Shown here piece by piece: positions 1 through 11,996 of a DNA stretch of 64,000 bases. The stretch is taken from the NCBI RefSeq assembly GCF_006345805.1, contig NC_042998.1:46810001-46874000 (forward strand). The letters run 5' to 3'. Numbering within the stretch: the stretch's first letter is position 1; each line of letters begins with the position of its first letter. This DNA is from Octopus sinensis. Its lineage: Eukaryota. The translations under genes were made by a program, and so were the position numbers. The notes beneath the pieces were generated by a model that saw only the letters and a program-made list of their open reading frames with translations, did no database searches and was not told the origin of the DNA.

Positions 1-444
1 ATGGTAAACAACCTAATTAAATTAAATCAAGCCAATCTTCCATAAGCCCTCGGATTCATCAGCAAGAAATAGCTCTCGGGACAGATAATTACACGAGGCA
101 TATCCCATCTTGCCAAGTCAATATCTGACCTAAAATTTTCAAATCGTCGCACTCGCGCCAAATTTATCGGCAGCAAATAAATATCAGCCGTCGATTCCAT
201 TACGGAATAACCAAAAAATTCATAATAATCAATATAGGGTGGCAAGGAAAATTTTGTAGAATTTTATTGCCACCAGCGGCCCAGCGGGAAAAAAATTAAA
301 TTCCAATAGACCATTTTTAAGTTCAACATTAACAATTAAGAACGGCCATATAGGCCATTCACCCACTAGAAATAACAGCCAAAGCTTCTACCGCAATAAA
401 GATCAATTCCGTAAACGAGAAAATTAAAAAAACTTTACCCTGTA

Positions 445-553
445 ATTTCTTGTACGGTATACCGTTTCATCATCCGTTGTTTAATGGTAAACCAACCTAA
501 TTAAATTAAATCAAGCCATCTTCCATAAGCCCTCGGATTCATCAGCAAGAAAT
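445..553 (-). ncRNA. Type I hammerhead ribozyme (inverted copy of A)
   Basis: Reverse complement of 849-955 with small indels. Confidence 0.75.
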
Positions 554-848
554 AGCTCTCGGGACAGATAATTACACGAGGCATTCCCATCTTGCCAAGT
601 CAATATCTGACCTAAAATTTTCAAATCGTTTTTCCCGCTGGGCCGCTGGTGGCAATAAAATTCTACAAAATTTTCCTGCCACCCTATATTGATTAATTAT
701 GAATTTTTTGGTTAATTCCTAATGGAATCGACGGCTGATATTATTTGCTGCCGATAATTTGGCGCGAGTGCGACGATTTGAAAATTTTAGGTCAGATATT
801 GACTTGGCAAGATGGGATATGCTCGTGTAATTATCTGTCCCGAGAGCT

Positions 849-955
849 ATTTCTTGCTGATGAATCCGAGGGCTTATGGAAGATTGGCTTGATTTAATTT
901 AATTAGGTTGGTTTACCATTAAACAACGGATGAAACGGTATACCGTACAAGAAAT
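849..955 (+). ncRNA. Type I hammerhead ribozyme A, long helix II
   Basis: AUUUCUUG-CUGAUGA(857-863)-AUCCG..68 nt total..CGGAU-GAAAC(932-936)-GGUAUACC-GUA(945-947)-CAAGAAAU. Helix I is 8 bp; helix III is palindromic. Confidence 0.88.
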
Positions 956-1188
956 TACAGGGTAAATGTGTTTTTAATTTTCTCCTGTTTACGGAATTGA
1001 TCTTTATTTGCGGAGAAGCGTTGGCTGTTATTTCTAGTGGGTGAATGGCCTATTATGGCCGTTCCTTAATTGTTAATGTTGAACTTAAAAATGGTCTATG
1101 ACTATTTAATTTTTTTCCCGCTGGGCCGCTGGTGGCAATAAAATTCTACAAAATTTTCCTTGCCACCCTATATTGATTAATTATGAAT

Positions 1189-1223
<35 letters not shown>

Positions 1224-1234
1224 ATATATGGATG

Positions 1235-1585
1235 GATGGAAGCACTCCGTCGGTTACGACGATGAGGGTTCCGGTTGATCCGAATCAACGGAACAGCCTG
1301 CTCGTGAAATTAACGTGTAAGTGGTTGAGCACTCCACAACACGTGCACCCTTAACGTAGTTCTCGGGGATATTCAGCGTGACAAGGCCGGCCCCTTGAAA
1401 TACAGGTACAAAAAACAGGAAGTAAGAGTGAGAGAAAGTTGTGGTGAAAGAGTACAACAGGGATCACCACCATCCCCTGCCGGAGCCTCGTGGAGCTTTA
1501 AGGTGTTTTCGCTCAATAAACACTCACAACGCCCGGTCTGGGAATCGAGTCCACTGCCCTAACCACTGGGCCATTGCGCCTCCAT
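1235..1585 (-). mobile_element. tRNA-derived SINE (family also at ~9500-9700 and ~30995-31295)
   Basis: Reverse complement carries tRNA-like A/B boxes (TGGCCCAGTGGTTAGGG...TCGATTCCC); multi-copy in the window. Confidence 0.75.
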
Positions 1586-1594
1586 ATATATATC

Positions 1595-1698
<104 letters not shown>

Positions 1699-1719
1699 TT
1701 ATATATATATATTATATAT

Positions 1720-2125
1720 CAATTGATTTGTTTACATATTTCTCGATAAATTATGAGCGCTAGACGATATACCAGAAATCCCTAGTTTTGTCGGGACGTT
1801 CGAGTCCTGCGCAGTGATATGATTAGTTAGAGAGAGTAAATCATTAGAAGCACATGCTTCTATGAGTTAGGATCTCAGAAAAACAGGGCTCTCACTGACG
1901 AATTCTCCCTGAGCAAATAAATTATCTTTATTGCTGAAAAGAAAGAAACTGCAGTCTGAGAATAACCGAGTTAGTAAATGTTTTTATCTTCATTTCACTT
2001 AATTTATCAAGCTTCTGTGTTCCTAGCACATATTTCGCCTTAATGTACTGATATATGGAAAATATATGGCTTGTGTTAGTAATACCAGCGATTATAATTA
2101 TTTTTATTTTATCGCAATTTGATTT

Positions 2126-2130
<5 letters not shown>
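1720..2130 (+). mobile_element. Retrozyme-like element C: 396-nt monomer plus short terminal redundancy
   Basis: GATTTGTTTA at 1725 and 2121 (period 396); flanked by (TA)n on both sides; contains an HHR. Confidence 0.75.
1890..1961 (+). ncRNA. Type I hammerhead ribozyme C, long helix II
   Basis: UCUCA-CUGACGA(1895-1901)-43-nt hairpin-GAAAC(1945-1949)-UGCA-GUC(1954-1956)-UGAGA. Confidence 0.87.
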
Positions 2131-2163
<33 letters not shown>

Positions 2164-2441
2164 TAATTAATTAATAAGTGAGAGAAATAGATACTAATTT
2201 AATAGTATATCTATTCAACACCAAGTGGCCTAGTGCTCCGAGAAACCTGGATTATTATAATATTTTATAACATTTATAATATTTTACAAAATAAATATAA
2301 GAGAGTGGTCACTATATGGCTCACTCTAGCACCAGTTAATCCAAAAGGTTTCAACCACGAAAATACATGTTTCCCATGAAGTCAGTACGATTGTTAGCTC
2401 ACACGGACAGGGCAAATAAAAAATAACAAAAATACAGATTA

Positions 2442-2523
2442 TTTTGGACAATTGTTTCGCTATTAATGAATTAAATGTAATTTTACTTACAAAAAAAATC
2501 CACTTGTAGCTCGTCAGCCAAAC
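2442..2523 (-). ncRNA. Type I hammerhead ribozyme E, long helix II
   Basis: Minus strand: GUUUGG-CUGACGA-GCUA..52 nt total..UAGC-GAAAC-AAUU-GUC-CAAAA. One mismatch in helix I. Confidence 0.82.
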
Positions 2524-3205
2524 TATCTGGATGAAATCCACTCCATCACACGCCAGATTTTACCATATATATATATGACGGCTTCTTTCAGTTTCCATCT
2601 ATCAAATCCACAAATGATCGGCTCGTGGTTATAGTAGAAGACACAAGAGTAGATATACAAAAAAAGCAGAAGTTGAAGATGCAGTTGGAGTCATTCAATT
2701 GGCTCAAATTGTGCCCTAAATAGCCTCTAATTTGCGCTATGTTCTCTCCGTAAAAAAAAGGGAATTTTCAAATTCCAGTCAGAAGCAAGGCAACTGAGGC
2801 ATAGCTCCACGTCTTTCTATCTCACTTAACTTTTGAAAATCAGGAAAATGTGTGAAACCGGTAAAGCCTTTAAAAGTAAACCATCTAAAGACTCCCAGTG
2901 CATTATCAACTCCTCTTTCTTTCTTTCTTTCTTTGTTTGTTTCTTTCTTTGTTTCTTTGTTTCTTTCTTTCTCGCTCTCTCTTTCTACATAACTACTTAC
3001 ACACACACACGCACGCAAGCACATCGCGGGCGCACACACATATAAACACGAATACATATATACATATGTTTTCTGTACTATTTTTCCTCTCCGGGAAAAT
3101 CCAGTTGCCTCATATTTTTCAGACTTGTCTCGGAAGTGTAAGTATATCCACCCACCACTTTTGAATGCTTCATTTCAGCAGCACTTTTTCTCCTTCTACA
3201 CACAC

Positions 3206-3249
<44 letters not shown>

Positions 3250-3332
3250 TATACATATATATACATATATATATATATATAATATATATAGAATATATAT
3301 ATATATATAATATATATATATAGTAATATATC

Positions 3333-3363
<31 letters not shown>

Positions 3364-3364
3364 G

Positions 3365-3409
<45 letters not shown>

Positions 3410-3420
3410 ATATATAATAT

Positions 3421-3480
<60 letters not shown>

Positions 3481-3896
3481 ATTATTGTGTGTGTGTGTGT
3501 GTGTGTGTGTAATGTATATATACTTTATTTTTCTTTTCCTTCATGTCAGAATTTTCGGCTTCATTATTTTTAACAAAATAAAAAGTACGAAAAAACAATA
3601 AAATAAGTAAATTTCTTGTTTGGACACAGTATAATGTAAATTGTGATGATATTTCGTGACGAAATCAACGTATATAATTTGTCGATGTTTTTTCTTTTAT
3701 TTTTCAAATCCTAATATTTATTTGTTGGTTTATATTTTTATTTGTATCATTTTCGTTTACATTTTACTTTTTTGCCCAGAGTCACGATCAAATCTAGAAC
3801 GTTTCCCATTGGCTTTAACATATAAAGTTTGCAGTTATTGATAATAGATCCTCCTACACACAAATGAGAAATATTATTACAGTTACCAGCAGTTTA

Positions 3897-3947
<51 letters not shown>

Positions 3948-3949
3948 GA

Positions 3950-4540
3950 TTATTTTTATTATTTTTATTGAATGAGTGAGCAGTGCATGCCATGAAAGTG
4001 ACACTGGGGTAAAATATACGAAGCCCAGTATACCCATCATGACTACCCGTCTGATTAGGGTACACTAGGCACATGCATCACAACCATATGTGCGCGACAT
4101 CGTGATCTCATATCAAGATAAACAGCACATGACCTTGCAGGTGGGGCCCAGTTAGTATTTTCTTCTTGTCGAGTAACCAATCTCGCTCAAAACGTCGTTG
4201 AATAAGGGATGTTTAAGGATGTTGATCGAAACACCCATCTTTCCAGAGGTGAATCATTCAAAACCCAAACAATCCCTCTCAACACATGGCTATGATGCTC
4301 TCCCACTACTTCTGCTTGTGATCAGAGATGCACATATCGTCAGCCACTAAGGGATATGCTCAACTGGTGAAGGTGAAACAACTGACAAGCAAATCTGTGG
4401 TATTGAGCAGAATATTTGCTGTAGCCCATCTTTTATACCAAGACAAAATAAAGTACACGATAACACTTCCAATCAGTTAAGATCAGCAGCCATGAGAACC
4501 ACTGCTGGGTATTGCATCAGGGCATTTATCATCATCATCA
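3950..4540 (-). mobile_element. ~580-bp interspersed repeat flanked by (TAA)n/(CAT)n; copies at ~11997-12590 (+) and ~36095-36720 (+)
   Basis: Three recognisably similar copies, no ORF, trinucleotide-repeat flanks. Confidence 0.75.
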
Positions 4541-4574
4541 TCATCATCATCATCACCATCATCATCACCATCAC

Positions 4575-4622
<48 letters not shown>

Positions 4623-4639
4623 TATTATTATTATTATTA

Positions 4640-5820
4640 AGGCGGTAAGCTGACAGAACTGTTAGCACGCCGGGCGAAATGCATAGCGCTATTTCGTCTG
4701 TCGCTACGTTCTGAGTTCAAATTCCGCCGAGGTCGACTTTGCCTTTCATCCTTTCGGGATCGATTTAATTAGTACCATTTACATACTGGAGTCGATGTAA
4801 TCGATTTAATCCCTCCTCCAAATTTCAGTCCTTGTGCCTATAGCAGAAAGTATTATCGTGGATAAAGGCAGCAAGCTGACAGAATCGTTAACCCTTCATA
4901 CTTTCGGGGTCCATAAAATAAGTACCAGTTGAATACTGAGGTTGATGTAGTCAACTTGCACCCCGCCACACACAAATTTGTTGTCCTTGAACCAAAATTT
5001 GAAATCACTGCATGTGGTGATCTGGCAGAATTGTTAGCACGCCGGGTAAAATGGTTAGCGGCAGACCGTCTGTACGTTCTGATTTCAAATTCCGTCACAG
5101 TCGACTTTGACTAATCTTTTCGAGGCCGACTTTGCCTTCCAGTTTTCGAAGTCGATAAAATAAATACCAATTAAATACTGGAGTCAAAATAATCGACCAG
5201 CCCACTTCCTCCAAATTTCATGCCTTGTGCATATTTGTAGAATATAATAATATTAATAATATTATTATAATTTAATAATATTATTAAAAGTAGTATTTCG
5301 TCTGCCGTTACGTTTTGAGTTCAAATTCCGCCGAGGTCGACTTTGCCTTTTATCCTTTTAGGGTCGATAAATTAAGTACCAATCATGCACTGGGGTCGAT
5401 GTAGCAGGCCGGGCAAAATGCTTGGCGGTATTTCGTCCGTCTTTGCATTCTGAGTTCAAATTCCGCTACGGTTGACTTTGCTTTTTCATCCTTTTACGGG
5501 GTCGATAAAATAGTCACCAGTTGAGTACTAGGGTCGATGTAATCGACTTATTCCCTCCTCCAAAACTGCTGGCTTTGTGCCAAAATTTGAAACCGATATT
5601 AATATTATTAAAAGCCATGAGCAGGCAGAATCTTTAGCATATCGAAAAAAATTGCTTAGCAGCCTTTCGTCCGTATTTACGCTCAGATTCAGCTGATGTC
5701 GACTTTGCTTTTCATCCTTTCAGGATCGATAAAATAAGTACCAGTCAAGTACTGAGGTCGATGTAATCCAGTAACCTCCTCCGCCAAAATTTCAATCCAT
5801 CTACCTATAGTATAAAAGAT
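4640..5820 (+). mobile_element. Tandem cluster of ~6 tRNA-derived SINE copies or fragments (GGCGGCGAGCTGGCAGAA family)
   Basis: Repeated GTTCTGAGTTCAAATTCCGCCGAGGTCGACTTTGCCTTTCATCCTTTCGGGGTCGATAAA core. Confidence 0.8.
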
Positions 5821-6106
5821 TTCAATGATATTACTATTGTTGATGGTTTCTTATTTTTTACCCCCTTTTTGTCTGAGGTTGTCTGTGTTTTAGTAATAAT
5901 TTCAGTGCAATTGTTAGTATTGGTTTCATATGATGTTACTGTTTATTTTTGAACTTCCTTACGCTGCCCTCTTAGTGAATGATAAAGGAAGAAAAACGTT
6001 ACGGAAAGCACGTTTGAAATTAGTTGAGATTCATTGCAAACAAACCTTTGGCGGAACAGCATTGTAACACGGTCGTCAAGCACACACACACACACTTACA
6101 CACACA

Positions 6107-6147
<41 letters not shown>

Positions 6148-6440
6148 TGCAGACACATATCTACATTTTCGTTTAAGTATATGTATATATTTTATCCTGC
6201 TTTTTGTATCGTTGTATATAAGCAAAACTCAGAAAACACAATAGCGCCTGCGAGCCGACACTTACTAACAAAAAACTAAATTAACAATATATACATTTAA
6301 AATCGTTTCTCTATTGGCCACGAGGTCCAAAATATTCGTTTAAAATCGCTTCCCTATTATCTACCATTCTCTTTGCTATCTCTATATTTCTTTCTGACTA
6401 TACTATTCTCTGTATATAAGCGCGCGCACACACACACACG

Positions 6441-6499
<59 letters not shown>

Positions 6500-6500
6500 G

Positions 6501-6542
<42 letters not shown>

Positions 6543-6649
6543 TATCTGTGTGTGTGTGTATACATTGATCTATACATATTTATACATATATCTATCGGTC
6601 TCACTGTCTTTCTATGTGTGTATGCGTGTGTTTATATATATTTCTTTAC

Positions 6650-7075
6650 TACCCACAAGGGGCTAAACACAGAGAGAGCAAACAAGGACAAACAAACGGA
6701 TTAAGTCGATTACATCGACCCCAGTGCGTAACTGGTACTTAATTTATCGACCCCGAAAGGATGAATAGCAAAGTTAACCTCGGCGGAATTTGAACTCAGA
6801 ACGTAATGGCAGACGAAATACGGCGACGCATTTCGCCCGGCGTGCTAACGTTTCTTATTCCTTTACTACCCACAAGGGGCTAAACACAGAGAGAACAAAC
6901 AAGGACAGACAAACGGATTAAGTCGATTATATGGACCCCAGTGCGTAACTGGTCCTTAATTTATCGACCCCTAAAGGATGAAAGGCAAAGTCGACCTCGG
7001 CCGAATTTGAACTCAGAACGTAACGGCAGACGAAATACGGCGACGCATTTCGCCCGGCGTGCTAACGTTTCTTAT
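6650..7075 (-). mobile_element. Two tandem SINE copies (same family)
   Basis: Reverse complement of the SINE core occurs twice. Confidence 0.8.
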
Positions 7076-7084
7076 TCTTTTACT

Positions 7085-7580
7085 ACCCACAAGCTCTGTG
7101 TGCCTTGGCTATGTGCTGTGATTTGTTGTGATGCTCTAATGGTTACTGTATTGAAAATGTTTTGTGTAGGATGTGTGCAGTGGCTAGTAGTGCAATTTTC
7201 TGTATGTTATATGTGTTTGTAAGTCCTGGTGTTTTTGTTATGTATTTGTCTGAATATTTTTTTATGATCCCTAATGCACCTACTATGATAAGAATTGTTT
7301 CTGTTTTTAGATTTCACATTCTAGTTATCTCTATTTCGAGGTCTTTGTATTTTGAAAGTTTCTCCATTTCTTTTAGAGACACGTTGTCATCTGCTGATAT
7401 TGATACATCAATTAGAAAGCGTTTTTTTTCTTCATGATCTCTGATAACTATATCTGGTCTGTTGGCCTTAATTTCTCTGTCTGTGTGTATTGGCATATCC
7501 CAGAGTATGGTTGCTTTCTCGTTTTCTGTGACCTTTTCTGGGGTGTGCCTATACCATCTTTTTTCTGTTGTTATTCCATA
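7085..7580 (-). pseudogene. R4/Dong-clade non-LTR retrotransposon 3' fragment (restriction-like endonuclease)
   Basis: ILWDMPIHTDREIKANRPDIV..LIDVSI..KLSKYKDLEIEI..IIVGALG: RLE motif with a stop codon. Confidence 0.8.
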
Positions 7581-8499
7581 ATATTGGCATAGCGTCCAGT
7601 GTATGTAGGTCCCAACTCTGTCGTGTCTGTGAATATATTCCTTCTTAGCCAGGACTGGGCAACAGTAACAGTAGTAGCAGCATATGCGATCACAGAAGCA
7701 CCGACAGCAGTAGCAGCAACAACTCCAAGAACAATAGAGGAAACAACAGCAGAGAAATAACCAACATCAACAGCACTAAAAACAATAGCATGAGAATCCC
7801 CCAAAGCAACAACACAAGATTTATCAACAGGAAAACCTCAAAAAAAAAAAAAAACTCTGCAAGACTTCCCCTCACATGTTCGGAGCAATCAGTGAACCCC
7901 AGAACAACATCAGGAAATCCCAAAACAACTACAATAACAATTTCAATCGAGAATCAAAAACTTCCGCTCCCCTTTTCAGACCACGAAAATGAATAGGATG
8001 GGGAGGAGCAGAATTGGCAAATAGTTGCGCCCCTACCCTCAAAGGAAAGAAAAGAAGATGAAAAAACGCACCCACTAGAACAGAGTAAACTTGTAGGTTT
8101 GAACACACGGAGATGGATAGCAGTAGCAACAACAATAACACACCACCTTCAACAGCAGTTCCACTGACACAGCCAACAATAACAACATCACCATCACTAC
8201 CTCTGCAATCATCACCGACGCTATTCAATTTACAAACACAACAGTTAAACTACACCCCATCAAACAAAACAAAAAACAGAAATTATAAACTTGACTGCCG
8301 TAAACACAGAAAACAAGACATTAATGCAAAACATTCAACTTTACATAGACATTAACCAGAGAACTCTCGTTGCACCAAGTGTCAACACTAATATACCACA
8401 GCACATAAAGATAATCACAACAACAGAGAGCATTTACAACCTTTTAAAAGAACAAATATCCTGACTTTGTAGGGGATTTTCAAAAGTCATGTAACAAAA

Positions 8500-9130
8500 G
8501 ATTTTACAACGACTTGCTGGAGAAAGCACACACATCCAGTGAGAGGAACGGAGAATGTACCACCACTTCTCCCCAACAAAACCTCAGTAAGTAGCTCTCT
8601 CTTACTTTCTTACTCACCCAGTGTTTAACATGACCGTGCTTTGGATGGGGTCATCCTGAAAGCAGGGACACCCGCTCAATGTCCTCCGGTCCCTACGTTT
8701 GGATGTGACAGCCGTCAACGAAACCAGAGTTTCCGACCAACTCACGCACCTTTGCTCCAATTTTTGACGATTTTGAGATTGAATTATCTTAGTCGGCCTG
8801 GAATGGGAGGCGAGGTAGCAGTGTGGCTCAAGAAAAGAGTGGATCTGAAGGTGAGAACGATCTTCTTTAATATCTGCTCGGGAAATTAAAGCCGCATTCT
8901 TTGTTTTTGCTGAGATGCATCTGAAACGCAAGGTACTTTGATGCACTGCTTCGATGGCCAGAATAGTTAAGTTGGCCCGGATTTGCTCCTGCTTGATGAG
9001 CTTCCAGGCCTGGGCCAACTTTTCATTTTTATTTGTGAGGTCCATGCTGAAGTGTGACCTCGTTTTGGCTACTGCTGCAACGAAAGTGTTCTTGCTGTCG
9101 GTAATGTTCACGTTGTTGTTGCTGTTGTTG
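8500..9130 (-). pseudogene. Possible decayed L1/Tx1-like ORF1
   Basis: NTFVAAVAKTRSHFSMDL...HLQIHSFLEPH... resembles an ORF1 N-terminus. The first ~40 aa of the listed ORF are microsatellite. No intact zinc knuckle. Confidence 0.4.
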
Positions 9131-10167
9131 TTGTTGTTGTTGCTGTTGCTGCTGCTGTTGTTGTCTTCTTCTTCTTCTTCTTCTTCTTCTTCTTCTTCTT
9201 CTCTTCTTCTTCTTCTTCTTCTATTCAGGACTCGCGCCATTAGCCACAAAGAATAATTTCGAATTCGAGCCTACTGTAAGCTACTAAGTATGCGTGTGGC
9301 AACTTGAAGATCCACTAACCACACGCGATAGACTGGTGGTTGCACGGGCGCAAAAGCTACTTCGTTATACTCATTCCGTAAACGGTGGCTTTTAACGGGT
9401 GGAGAGCTGAACCATCCTGGGGTACAGTGGATTCGCAAACTAGACTAGGGTCTGACAGTTTACCACACCATAGTAGGTTACACCATGGTTCCTCTGCTTT
9501 GTGACAAAAGTAGGAAGAAAGAGTGAGAGAAAGTTGTGGTATAAGAGTACAGCGGGGTTCACCACCCTCCCCCGCCGGAGCCTCGTGGAGCTTAGGTGTT
9601 TTTGCTCAATAAACACTCACAATGCCCGGTCTGGGAATCGAAACCGCGTTCTTGCGACCGCGAGTCGGATGCCCTAACCACTGGGCCATTGCACTTCCAC
9701 TGCGGCTGTTGTTGTCGTTGTTCTTGTTGGTGTTAGTTTTGTTGCTGTTGTTGTTGCTGACACCTTTGCTATTGCTGTTGTTGTTGTTGCCATCGTAGCT
9801 GCTGCTGCTGTTGCTGTCACTGCTACCACTGCTGTTGTCGATGTTGCCACTGCAGTTACTACGAAGTGGACTTTGTACATTTTCACCCTCGCTTTTCTCC
9901 TTCTCCTCTCCTGTATTGTTGCCAGTAACGGAGGGAAAAGAAAGAAAATCTTCAGCAGTTACCAGACCTGCAGGAGGGGCAGTTTTTATTTCTCAACTCT
10001 TTCAAGATGCGTTCCGCCATCTTGTTGAGTTGTATTTGATTAGATTGATTAAACGCTCACCGAACTTATTTGGTGGGCCGATTATAGCCCTCAAGGGGTC
10101 AAACAAACACAGAAAACCAGTGACAGACACCGAGCACTTTCACCAGACACAGTGACAGAAATCGTTG

Positions 10168-11000
10168 CTAGTCGACTTGACTCTCCAAGTTCCTTGTTGC
10201 AGACCTACTAACTTGTCCTGGTTTATGAGTGCTCCCGTGCATTTCTGATATTCTTTCAGTATAGTTTTCTATGTCCGAAGAGTCCGACACCATGACATGG
10301 GATTGCAACGGATTTGGCGTTTGGAATATTGGAGCAGCGTGAGGCACCTCACTCGACTTTTCCACAGTGGGGCAGAAAGTTTTTAAGTGACCGGTTTTTC
10401 CACAGATGTAACACCTAGGCTTCCTACTCTCCACGACCACCTGCATCTCCTCGCACTCTCCTAAACAGAAAAAGTCCAGGATAACATGAACTTCTTCTGG
10501 AGCAAGCAAAACCCCGAACTCTAATAACACTCCTGTTCTGTTTTGTTGGGGGATTGATCGTAAGCTTATCACCCTCACTTGCTCCTTTAGCATAGCCATT
10601 AATCTGGCCTGGTCCCTATGAGGAGGTACGTCTGAAACCTTGACTTTGGTCACATGACGTTCCAAGTATAAAGGGAGCATCACATAATGGTCAGAGGAGC
10701 AGGTCATTGTAGCCATCTTACGCGCTTCATCTTCGTTGCTACAGGTAGCTATCATGGTCCCATATTATTTTCCTCGACAGACATAAACTCCGGCAAGCCG
10801 CACCTCTTTCAGGCATTTTTCTATTTCGGTTGGGGAAAGTATGGTGGCTTTCTCTTTCTGCGATTAATGCACTTATAAATTATCGTTCTCTTTTTAGAAG
10901 AAATCATTTCCACCTATAGGAGAGCCATGACGCCGGGTCGAATGATGTTTTTCTGATATTTTTTAACTGCTTCCGCTTTCCTTTGCAAGAAATAAGTGGT
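10168..11000 (-). pseudogene. Decayed gag/ORF1-like gene with CCHC zinc knuckle, homologous to 17116-18153
   Basis: VVVESRKPRCYICGKTGHLKTFCP. Upstream EIEKCLKEV..YVCRGK*YGTMIATCSNEDEARK aligns with EIERCLQEI..YNRGRKYATVVVHFENEAEAKK. Contains a stop and a frameshift. Confidence 0.78.
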
Positions 11001-11249
11001 CCATGTATTTATTATATTTGCGAAGGAAAAATGTTTTCCTTCGGATGTGTATTCTCGTTACTATCTTCGTAAATAGCATTACTGTTGATATTGTTGTAGA
11101 AGTCAGCACTTTTGTTGATGCCGATGATGCTGCTGATAGTTATCATATTATCGTTGTTGTTGCTGCCGGTTTCGTTACTACTATTATTGTTATTGGTGTT
11201 GTTCTTGCTTGTTACGGATCATGGTGGTGTTAGTGGCCTTGTTTTGGAT

Positions 11250-11559
11250 CTTTATCTTTTGACCTACAGATTTTAAAAATAATATTTTGTAACTAAACAC
11301 TTTCAAACTTTGGACACTGGTAGAATGTGTCATATAAAACATCTTTTACTGTTAGCATTTTGAAGAAAAACTTATATTTACGAAGTTATTACACGTTAAA
11401 GTCCTCGTATTCCGGCAATTTCAATTTCAACCAATCAATGACGTGTATTCTGCTGAATAAAATTACTGCCGTTGTTTGACACATTCTACCAGTGTCCGAA
11501 GTTTGAAAGTGTTTAGTTACAAAAAATTATTTTTTAAGTCTGTAGGTCAAAAGATAAAT
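11250..11559. mobile_element. MITE/fold-back element with ~80-bp terminal inverted repeats
   Basis: TTTATCTTTTGACCTACAGA...TGTGTCA is mirrored by TGACACATTCT...TCTGTAGGTCAAAAGATAAA. Confidence 0.75.
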
Positions 11560-11942
11560 ACCCCTTGTTTTGGCTGTTGGTGATGTTGTTGATGATGGTG
11601 ATGATGGTGATGATGTAGGTTTTTTTTATCTGTAGGTTTTTTTTGCAAATGTCAAAGAGAGTGGCAACCGATACGCTTGGTTTATTGAACACGAGGAAGC
11701 AGATACATTTTTCTCCTACACCCATTCCTCTGTTTAGACATGTGCTGACCATGCCGTGAAAAGGGGTAGATTGAAAAATATGTCCGAGAAAGTTTTCGTA
11801 ACGAGCTTTCTACTCGTTCCGTGAGTGAAATAGGGCGAAATTCCTTTAGATACTTGTATACATACGCCAAACATACGCCATTAGGGTTTCAGCGGCCGAA
11901 AATGGCAAAATACAAGCAAAATTAGCGATGATTCGAGCGTGG

Positions 11943-11996
<54 letters not shown>

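Larger units (their letters stand above)
1..1189. mobile_element. Retrozyme-like element A: 483-nt unit, head-to-head inverted partial tandem
   Basis: ATGGTAAAC recurs at 1 and 484; CCCGCTGGGCC recurs at 634 and 1117 (period 483). 1-628 is the reverse complement of the unit read in 629-1189. Ends at a (TA)n tract. Contains an HHR. Confidence 0.8.

Noticed and set aside
27-245. Short ORFs in the 483-nt units (also 19535-19735) share YLL..FEN.R..D..RW, and 483 is divisible by 3
   Set aside because: The similarity follows from nucleotide homology. Frames are not maintained between A and B, and the frames I translated contain stops, so a conserved protein or rolling-circle translation is unsupported.
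629-1112. 483-nt unit as parasite (e.g. dicyemid) minicircle or mitochondrial rRNA contamination
   Set aside because: No rRNA or mitochondrial gene motifs; the units are embedded in host microsatellites and explained by an HHR.
2790-2870. CUGAGGC...GAAAC-CG-GUA hammerhead-like string
   Set aside because: A9 is substituted and the proximal helix I is mismatched; too degenerate to call.
7860-7925. Minus-strand CUGAUGU...GAAC-AUGU-GA downstream of the 8.5-9.1 kb ORF
   Set aside because: Needs three edits to restore the core.
9870-9960. Minus-strand CUGAAGA...GAAAAU-GUA downstream of the 10.2-kb ORF
   Set aside because: No helix I or III pairing; low-complexity purine/pyrimidine sequence.
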